Sequence record: SRR20825019_994
DNA: 52,387 nucleotides
Direction: 5' to 3' (one strand)
Position numbers and translations under genes: made by a program. The notes beneath the pieces were generated by a model. That model was not told the origin of the DNA. It saw only the letters and a program-made list of their open reading frames with translations, and made no database searches. Shown here piece by piece: positions 42,299 through 49,709 of the stretch. Positions within the stretch are counted from its first letter, which is position 1; every line of letters starts with the position of its first letter.

Positions 42299-42880
42299 TT
42301 ACTGGCGAATGCCTTCCACAGAAATGATCATCTCAACCGTTTCAGACGCCTTGCCCAGATCCATGGGGATACCGAAGTCCGTCAACTTGAATTCGGTTTC
42401 AGCTTCAAACCCCATGCGGTAACCACCCCATGGATCGTCGCCATGCCCGAGCATTTCCACGTCCAGGGTGACCTCTTTCGTCACACCACGCAGGGTCAGG
42501 TCACCGACGATATCGGCCTCGCCCTCATCGTCCACAACCACTCTTTTACTCTTGAACGTGGCCTCTGGGAATTCGTCAACGTACAGGAAGTCTTCCGAGC
42601 GCAGGTGCTTGTCACGCTCGGCGTGGTTGGAATCAACGCTGGATGTGTCCACGGCAACTTCAACGGAACTGTTCGCCGGATTCTGTGCATCGTAGACAAA
42701 TTCACCATCGAAATCGTTGAACCGGCCATACAACCAGCTATAGCCCAGATGGGAAATCTTGAACGTAATAAACTGGTGGGAACCCTTGGTATCAAAAGCA
42801 TAGGTTCCACTGTGCTCGGATGCCTGGGCTCCGCCAGACACCGCAAGTGCAACCGCAGATGCAAGCAGCAATTTTTTCAT
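42299..42880 (-). CDS. yceI: YceI family periplasmic polyisoprenoid-binding protein
   Basis: Signal peptide, HLGYSWLYGRF, RDKHLRSEDF, GDLTLRGVTK, DPWGGYRMGF; SD AAGGAG. Confidence 0.95.
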   Translation of the reverse strand: MKKLLLASAVALAVSGGAQASEHSGTYAFDTKGSHQFITFKISHLGYSWLYGRFNDFDGEFVYDAQNPANSSVEVAVDTSSVDSNHAERDKHLRSEDFLYVDEFPEATFKSKRVVVDDEGEADIVGDLTLRGVTKEVTLDVEMLGHGDDPWGGYRMGFEAETEFKLTDFGIPMDLGKASETVEMIISVEGIRQ

Positions 42881-42933
42881 GTTCATCTCCTTGTTGAAAC
42901 AGCCCGTAGGCACGATTGAATCGATAGTCTGAA

Positions 42934-43494
42934 TTACGATTGGCGGCGACCTGAACCCAACATGCGTCGAAGGGTGTCGTCCCGGTCAATCAGATGATGC
43001 TTAACCGCAGCCAGACCGTGTACCCCGGCAAGCACGACAAGTGCCCAGGTAGACCAGTAATGGACAAGCCCGGCGGTGTCCTCCATCCCCTTAATCTGGC
43101 CGGTCACCGAAGGCACATCAAACCAGTTGAACACACTTATTGAGGACCCATCCGCCGTCGAAATGAGATACCCACTGGCCATAGCAACAAAAATCAGCAC
43201 ATAGAGCAGAGAGTGTGCGCCATGAGCGGCCAACACTTCCAGTCGGCTATGGCTCGGGAGTGCACGCGGCAGCGGATTGAACAGTCGCCACACCAGGCGA
43301 AACAGCATGACCAACAGCAGCAATATACCGATACTTCTATGGATATCCGGGCCGGTGCGATACCAGTCGTCGTAATAGGATAGATCCACCATCCAGTAAC
43401 CCAGCCCGAATAGGCCAAACACCGCTACAGCCACCAGCCAATGAATGGCTACGGATACCACACCAAAATTACTGCTCGAATTGCGTACCTGCAT
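42934..43494 (-). CDS. Cytochrome b561 (YceJ-like)
   Basis: IHWLVA, IHRSIG, HSLLY, HGLAAVKHHLIDRDDTLRRM heme His motifs; paired with yceI. Confidence 0.93.
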   Translation of the reverse strand: MQVRNSSSNFGVVSVAIHWLVAVAVFGLFGLGYWMVDLSYYDDWYRTGPDIHRSIGILLLLVMLFRLVWRLFNPLPRALPSHSRLEVLAAHGAHSLLYVLIFVAMASGYLISTADGSSISVFNWFDVPSVTGQIKGMEDTAGLVHYWSTWALVVLAGVHGLAAVKHHLIDRDDTLRRMLGSGRRQS

Positions 43495-43588
43495 GACGCT
43501 TAACGTCCCACTCCCTGATACCAGACAAGATCCCAACAGTTTAGGAAGAGCCCCGCACAAAACCAATCAAAATGTTTTGGAGACGAAG

Positions 43589-43603
43589 ATCAGATTTTCT
43601 GAT
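43589..43603. promoter_or_regulatory. LysR-type palindromic site upstream of cytochrome b561/yceI
   Basis: ATCAG-ATTTT-CTGAT dyad with a T-N11-A core. Confidence 0.5.
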
Positions 43604-43742
43604 GAACAACCCCATACGTACGATCCCTTATACCTTTGGTCTGATACGGGTTTTACGGATTGTGGAAAACAATGGGTACGATAAACTTTTTACATACTTC
43701 ATTTACCCGGTTCGGGTCACTCAGTGAACGAGAGGAATAAAC

Positions 43743-43790
43743 ATGGAACTTGAATTCGACGAATCCGTCGCAGTACCCAGCAACAACTGA
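43743..43790 (+). CDS. Putative 15-aa small ORF (MELEFDESVAVPSNN)
   Basis: SD AGAGGA 6 nt upstream of the ATG, candidate -10 TACGAT at 43677-43682, and an 8-bp hairpin right after the stop. Confidence 0.4.
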   Translation: MELEFDESVAVPSNN

Positions 43791-44048
43791 TTCCCTGCAG
43801 CTCCCACCGGAGCTGCCGGACACCGGTCCTGCTCACCCACCCTGCGCATTGCCGCCTGACGTTGCCTGTTTTTACATGAAATAGTGGTAATAACCCGCTG
43901 TTTTTGGCACTCTTCTGTCTATCTAGACCATCCTGTTCGTGCTGACTGATTTACTTTCCTATAAGTCAACGAAATGCGACCAGGATCAACAGATCGGGCT
44001 GCCGCAGGCTTTCCCGATGTTTTCGTTTATCCGGACCAGAAAAGGCCT

Positions 44049-45344
44049 ATGTCGCGAACCCTCCCAGAGCAGATGACCGCACCGGAAGTTGATGTGCTGT
44101 CGCCTATGTTAACCAGGGAGGGGGAATCATGGACGGCCGACTACCAGGGCCTGACTTTACGAACGGCGCTGCAGCCAATATTCAGTATTTCCCACAAACG
44201 GGTTGTCGGCTACGAAGCGCTGATTCGCGCCTTTGATACCGATAATGCTGCGGTATTACCCCTTCATTTGTTCGAGCTACCGAGCTCTGACGCCGAAAAC
44301 CTGCTGCTTGATCGCCTTTGCCGATACCTGCACATCAGCAACTATTCCGGATTCCAGGACCAGCTGAACTGGCTGTTCCTGAACGTATCTCCCCGTGTGG
44401 TTTCAGCTGGCAACCGTGCCGACAGCTTTTTCGGCGAACTGTTGAAGAAAACGGGCCTGCCTCCCCATCGCATCGTGATGGAGATTGTAGAGCAGCCAAC
44501 GGACGATGCAGAACGACTGCGTGAAACCGTTGCCTACTACCAACAGCTGGGCTGCCTGACCGCTATCGATGACTTTGGTGCTGGGCATTCCAACTTTGAG
44601 CGCATCTGGAACCTGTCACCGGATATCGTGAAGCTGGACCGTAAGCTTCTGACTCGGGCCACAGACGACCACAAGGCCAGACAGATACTCAACGGCATCG
44701 TCTCTTTGCTGCATCAGTCTGGGTGCCTAGTGCTCCTTGAAGGCGTGGAAACTCACGACCAGGCAATGATTGCTATCGACGCGGGCGTTGATTTTGTCCA
44801 GGGATTCTATTTCAGCAGGCCAAGTACTGCCCTGGCGGACATTCCCCACAAAGTGACGGACCTGGACGGGTTACTGAGAGACTATAAGAGCAAAAACCGG
44901 ATAACGAGAGACCCAACACAGCAACTGATTTCCTACTTCGAGGATTTCTTTCGTAGTGCCGTAGACACACTCTCGCAGGGCATGCCGATGAACGAGGCAT
45001 GCAGTAGCCTGCTGAATCATCCTGCGGTGTCGCGGTGTTACCTGGTCGATGCCAACGGCGTACAAATTGATGACACCATGGTATCGGACGCCACAGCCCG
45101 GGGCCTGGACCCTCGATTCCGGCCGCTGGAAAGCACCACCAGTGCCGACTGGTATCGCCAACAGTATCTACGCCAGGCCATTGCCCAGCCAGGCCATGTT
45201 CATATAACCGCGCCCTACCTCTGTATTACCGGCGCATACATGTGCGTTACCCTGTCCCTCGGTTACTACCACAAGGGCGAGCTGAGGGTTCTTTGCTGCG
45301 ACATTCTCGCCAACCCTACCGAAACCGCCCTCAGGAAAGGCTGA
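44049..45344 (+). CDS. EAL c-di-GMP phosphodiesterase with C-terminal YkuI-like sensory domain
   Basis: QPI, GYEALIR, LFLNVSP, MEIVE, IDDFGAGHSN, IVKLDR, EGVET, VQGFY all intact; the C-terminus (CYLVDANGVQI, TAPY) looks PDC/PAS-like. Confidence 0.9.
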   Translation: MSRTLPEQMTAPEVDVLSPMLTREGESWTADYQGLTLRTALQPIFSISHKRVVGYEALIRAFDTDNAAVLPLHLFELPSSDAENLLLDRLCRYLHISNYSGFQDQLNWLFLNVSPRVVSAGNRADSFFGELLKKTGLPPHRIVMEIVEQPTDDAERLRETVAYYQQLGCLTAIDDFGAGHSNFERIWNLSPDIVKLDRKLLTRATDDHKARQILNGIVSLLHQSGCLVLLEGVETHDQAMIAIDAGVDFVQGFYFSRPSTALADIPHKVTDLDGLLRDYKSKNRITRDPTQQLISYFEDFFRSAVDTLSQGMPMNEACSSLLNHPAVSRCYLVDANGVQIDDTMVSDATARGLDPRFRPLESTTSADWYRQQYLRQAIAQPGHVHITAPYLCITGAYMCVTLSLGYYHKGELRVLCCDILANPTETALRKG

Positions 45345-47106
45345 TCCCGTAGACCACCGAGATCACGCCGACGGTCACCAGCCCGATAAACAGGTTCATC
45401 GGCAGGCCTACCTTTACGAAGTCCATAAACCGGTATCCCCCTGGCCCAAACACCATCATATTGGTCTGGTAGCCCAGTGGTGTGGCAAAACTGGCGGATG
45501 CCGCCATCATCACGGCGATAACATAGGGCTCTGACGCGATCCCCAGGGCCGTTGTCATTGACAGTACAATGGGAAGTACCAACACTGCGGCTGCGTTGTT
45601 GGTAATGACCTCGGTCAGCACCGATACCGCGAAGTACACCAGCAGGATGGTCAGCAGCGGGTGACCACTGCTCACCTCCAGAATGCCCGTCGCAACATAA
45701 CCTGCAGCCCCGGTTTCCTGAAGCGCAGCCCCTAAGGCAAATGACGCAGCAATTGTAAGCATCACTGGTACATCCACCGCTTTCTGCGCCTGACCGACGG
45801 AACAGCAACCGCTAAGAACCATCAGGGCCGCCCCCATCAGCGCGGCGTTCAGCATGCTCAGCACCCCAAACGCCGCGGCGCCCACAAGCACCAGCAGGAT
45901 GCCCCAGGACAGATAGGCACGGTCATGGCGGGGCGTTTCTGTTTCCAGGTCGTTGATCAGCAGGAAGTCCTTGGCGTATCGCTGACGACTGACAAAAGCG
46001 GGACGTGCCTCCAGCAACAGAACGTCGCCGGTTTTCAGACGAATATTGCCGAGATTGCCCGACACCCGCTCACCACCCCGGGCGACTGCCAATACCACCG
46101 CGCCATAGCGATCCCGAAAACGGGCATCCCGGATGGTCAGACCCAGCACTTCCGACTGCGGGGACAGCGCGGCTTCAACCAGCCGGCGCTCTGCCCGGTC
46201 TTTACTCAGGCTTGGCTCATCATCGTGTACCGAAGGGACAATACCGTTGATTCGCAGCAGATCGGAAATAGCCTGGGTATCGCCAGCAAAGACCAACCGG
46301 TCACCGCCTCGAAGGCGCTCTTCCGAAGGTACCGCCGTAACAACGCTGCCATCCCGCTCAATCTCGACGAGGTACAGCCTCTCCAACTCACGCAGCCCGG
46401 CCTCTCCGACACTCTTGCCCACCAACGGCCCATCAAAGGCAACTGCCACCTCCAGGGTGAACTCCCGCATGGAACCGAACTTCTGCTGGTCCTTACGATC
46501 CGGAAGCGCCCTCGGTAACACCAGAAGCATGACAGCCAAGCCGATCACAGCAACCGGCAACCCAACGGCGGTGATGGAAAAAATCGAGAAACCGCCCTCC
46601 CCGGTCAATTGCTGGTACTGGCCATTGACCACCAGGTTGGTGCTGGTGCCAATCAGGGTGAGGGTACCACCCAGAATGGCGGAGTAACTCAGGGGGATCA
46701 TCAGTTTCGAGGGTGATATGCCAATCTTGCGGGACCAGGCATGGACCGCGGGAATCATGGTGGCCACTACCGGGGTATTGTTGAGGAAGCCGCTCAGCAA
46801 CGCGACAGGGAATGCGATGCGGGCCTGGGCCGAGCGCACCGTACGAGGCGACCTGAGCAGGTGATGGACAACCAGGTCCACCCCACCGGAATGGTGAATG
46901 CCCGCCGCCACCACGAACATGGCAACCACCGTGATCAATCCACTGTTACTGAATCCGGCAAGGGCCTGATCGGCGCTGATAATGCCGCTGGCACTGAGAA
47001 CGATGAGTACACCCAGCATGACGAGATGCGGGCCGAACCGCCCGACACTCATCAATAACAACGCCACACCCGTAAGGCTTAATGCAAACCAGCCCTGCCA
47101 ATCCAT
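45331..47106 (-). CDS. SLC13/DASS permease with two TrkA-C domains
   Basis: FLNNTPVVA, GGTLTLIGTSTNL, ITNNAAA, FATPLGYQTN...GPGGYRF. Confidence 0.93.
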   Translation of the reverse strand: MDWQGWFALSLTGVALLLMSVGRFGPHLVMLGVLIVLSASGIISADQALAGFSNSGLITVVAMFVVAAGIHHSGGVDLVVHHLLRSPRTVRSAQARIAFPVALLSGFLNNTPVVATMIPAVHAWSRKIGISPSKLMIPLSYSAILGGTLTLIGTSTNLVVNGQYQQLTGEGGFSIFSITAVGLPVAVIGLAVMLLVLPRALPDRKDQQKFGSMREFTLEVAVAFDGPLVGKSVGEAGLRELERLYLVEIERDGSVVTAVPSEERLRGGDRLVFAGDTQAISDLLRINGIVPSVHDDEPSLSKDRAERRLVEAALSPQSEVLGLTIRDARFRDRYGAVVLAVARGGERVSGNLGNIRLKTGDVLLLEARPAFVSRQRYAKDFLLINDLETETPRHDRAYLSWGILLVLVGAAAFGVLSMLNAALMGAALMVLSGCCSVGQAQKAVDVPVMLTIAASFALGAALQETGAAGYVATGILEVSSGHPLLTILLVYFAVSVLTEVITNNAAAVLVLPIVLSMTTALGIASEPYVIAVMMAASASFATPLGYQTNMMVFGPGGYRFMDFVKVGLPMNLFIGLVTVGVISVVYGISLS

Positions 47107-47207
47107 CTGGTGGTCCTTTGGATAAAAGGGGCAGGATAACGAGTTTGCCGAATACTTAGAAAGAATAAAGGATGCTGTTTAAAGCACCAGAAGAAATATA
47201 GGACGAT

Positions 47208-49103
47208 TCAGACTTCGATATCCGCCATATTTCCGTAAGTCTCCAGCCAAGTGCGGCGGTCAGACGCCCGCTTTTTACCCAGCAGCATGTCCATGCGGCT
47301 GTCGGTATCGTCGCCGTCCTCAATGGTCAGCATCACCAGCCGGCGGGTATCCGGCGCCATTGTCGTCTCGCGCAGCTGGAGCGGATTCATCTCGCCCAGG
47401 CCCTTGAAACGGGTAACGGAAATCTTGCCGCGACGGTTTTCGGCCGCCAGCCGGTCGATAATGCCCTGCTTTTCGTGCTCATCAAGGGCGTAAAAGGTTT
47501 CCTTTCCCAAATCAACACGATACAGCGGAGGCATGGCAACAAATACGTGGCCGGCAGCAACCACCGGTCGGAAATGCTTGACGAACAACGCGCACAACAG
47601 GGTGGCGATGTGTAGGCCATCGGAGTCGGCGTCCGCCAGGATGCAGATCTTGTTGTAACGCAGGCCTTCCAGTTTGTCGGAGCCGGGATCTACCCCAATG
47701 GCAACGGCAATGTCATGGACTTCCTGGGAAGCAAGAATTTCGCTGGAGTCCACTTCCCAGGTATTGAGAATCTTGCCTCGCAGGGGCATGACCGCCTGAA
47801 ATTCACGGTCACGGGCCTGTTTCGCGGAGCCGCCGGCGGAGTCACCCTCAACCAGAAAAAGTTCCGAGCGATTGGTGTCGCTGCCAGAACAATCCGCCAG
47901 TTTCCCGGGCAAAGCCGGGCCGGATGTCACCTTCTTCCGGGCCACTTTCTTGCTGGCCCTCAAACGGCGCTGTGCATTGCTGATGAACAACTCAGCAAGC
48001 GCTTCGGCAATGTCCGTATGCTGATTCAGCCACAAGCTGAACGCGTCCTTCACCACACCGGAAATAAACGCGGCAGCTTCCCGGGAGGACAACCGTTCCT
48101 TTGTCTGGCCGGAAAACTGGGGTTCCTGCATCTTGAACGACAACACATAGGCGCAGCGTTCCCAGATGTCTTCAGGAGACAACTTGACGCCCCGGGGCAA
48201 CAGGTTACGGAACTCACAGAACTCCCTCATGGCCTCCAGCAGGCCGGTACGCAGGCCGTTCACGTGGGTGCCGCCCTGGGCGGTCGGAATCAGGTTAACG
48301 TAACTCTCCATAACCGCTTCGCCACCTTCCGGCAACCACTGGAACGCCCAGTCCACCGCTTCCTTGTTGCCGGAAAAGCTGCCCGTGAACGGCTCCAGCG
48401 GTACGGCTTCGATGTCGGCAAGCTCGGTGCGCAGGTAGTCCCGCAAACCGCCCTCGTAGCACCATTCATCTTTATCACCGGTGTGTTCCTGCAGGAAAGT
48501 GACGTTCAGGCCGGGACAGAGAACGGCCTTGGCGCGCAGGTTGTGGCGCAAACGGCTGACGGAAAATTTCGGGCTGTCGAAGTAGCTTGGGTCCGGGGTG
48601 AACTTCAATCGGGTACCGGTGTTCCGCTTGCCCACAGAGTCGACAACTGTTAGTTCCGTCTTCTTGTGGCCGTTGGCGAAGGTCATCCGGTGCAGTTGCC
48701 CATCACGCTTGATGGAAACCTCAAGGAGCGTCGACAGGGCGTTGACCACCGAGACACCTACCCCATGCAGGCCACCGGAAAAGTTGTAGTTACCCTGGGA
48801 GAATTTACCGCCGGCGTGGAGGCGAGTCAGAATCAGCTCCACACCCGGAACCCCATGTTCCTTGTGCATGTCGACCGGCATCCCGCGGCCGTCGTCTTCC
48901 ACGCTCAGGGAACCATCGCTGTGCAGGACGACATCGATCCTGCGGGCGTGCCCCGCCAGCGCTTCGTCGACACTGTTATCAATGACTTCCTGGGCCAGAT
49001 GGTTGGGCCGACTGGTATCGGTGTACATGCCTGGGCGTTTGCGGACAGGGTCCAGACCACTCAGAACTTCAATGGCATCGGCGTTGTACTGTTTCTGGCT
49101 CAT
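47208..49103 (-). CDS. parE: DNA topoisomerase IV subunit B
   Basis: PVRKRPGMY, EVIDNSVDE, GGLHGVG, EGDSAGGS, PLRGKILN, DADSDG; ~631 aa with no GyrB insert. Confidence 0.98.
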   Translation of the reverse strand: MSQKQYNADAIEVLSGLDPVRKRPGMYTDTSRPNHLAQEVIDNSVDEALAGHARRIDVVLHSDGSLSVEDDGRGMPVDMHKEHGVPGVELILTRLHAGGKFSQGNYNFSGGLHGVGVSVVNALSTLLEVSIKRDGQLHRMTFANGHKKTELTVVDSVGKRNTGTRLKFTPDPSYFDSPKFSVSRLRHNLRAKAVLCPGLNVTFLQEHTGDKDEWCYEGGLRDYLRTELADIEAVPLEPFTGSFSGNKEAVDWAFQWLPEGGEAVMESYVNLIPTAQGGTHVNGLRTGLLEAMREFCEFRNLLPRGVKLSPEDIWERCAYVLSFKMQEPQFSGQTKERLSSREAAAFISGVVKDAFSLWLNQHTDIAEALAELFISNAQRRLRASKKVARKKVTSGPALPGKLADCSGSDTNRSELFLVEGDSAGGSAKQARDREFQAVMPLRGKILNTWEVDSSEILASQEVHDIAVAIGVDPGSDKLEGLRYNKICILADADSDGLHIATLLCALFVKHFRPVVAAGHVFVAMPPLYRVDLGKETFYALDEHEKQGIIDRLAAENRRGKISVTRFKGLGEMNPLQLRETTMAPDTRRLVMLTIEDGDDTDSRMDMLLGKKRASDRRTWLETYGNMADIEV

Positions 49104-49217
49104 GGGAAGGAAGCGACTCCACGGGTTTGTTATAAAACTGGCCCATAGCTTAGGGATTCGCAGGGAAAGATCAACGGTTGTTTTGTGCTGGTGTGGACCA
49201 GCACGGCCCCGGCGCCG

Positions 49218-49709
49218 TTAACGCTGTCGCGAGAAACGCCCGAGGCCTTCCCCGGACACCCGCAACTGCTCCCACTCTTCGGGGCTGATGGCGATCACTG
49301 CACAGGGTGTGGTCAACGCCTGGGTTACCATGGCGTCTGCCGCCGGCCGCCTGACCTTGACCGCCAACTCCAGAACATCGTCTACGATCTCGGACGACGT
49401 CAGTGTCAGGCCGTAGCCGCCAGTGGTTTTCTGCCCCAGCCCCACCAACACCAGATGTTCCTCATTGAAATCAATGGCGCGAAGCATGCTCAGCGCCAGG
49501 TTTCCGGAGGGCAGTTGGGCAAGCTTGTCCAGATCTCCGGCACTGGACACATAGACCAGTCCCGGCGCCGTGAGCCCACAGTGATCGGACTCAGTGACCT
49601 GTCTCGCCAGAGGCGCACCATCAGCGGTCGCCGAGCGATTGATCGCACAGCCTGTGATCAGACTGAGCACGAGTACACAGAGTGGTAGCAGCGTAAAACG
49701 GTAGGTCAA
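49218..49709 (-). CDS. Lipoprotein with a PrcB C-terminal (protease complex subunit)-like domain
   Basis: Lipobox LITGC; IDFNEEHLVLVGLGQKTTGGYGL...VTQALTTPC pattern; TTG start overlapping the peptidase stop. Confidence 0.8.
   Translation of the reverse strand: MTYRFTLLPLCVLVLSLITGCAINRSATADGAPLARQVTESDHCGLTAPGLVYVSSAGDLDKLAQLPSGNLALSMLRAIDFNEEHLVLVGLGQKTTGGYGLTLTSSEIVDDVLELAVKVRRPAADAMVTQALTTPCAVIAISPEEWEQLRVSGEGLGRFSRQR

Noticed and set aside
41644..43973. Possible CRISPR array, riboswitch or tRNA in the larger intergenic gaps
   Set aside because: No regularly spaced repeats, no cloverleaf and no recognisable c-di-GMP-I or other riboswitch consensus by eye; an Rfam scan would settle it
47715..48653. 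312-aa plus-strand ORF
   Set aside because: Antisense shadow of parE
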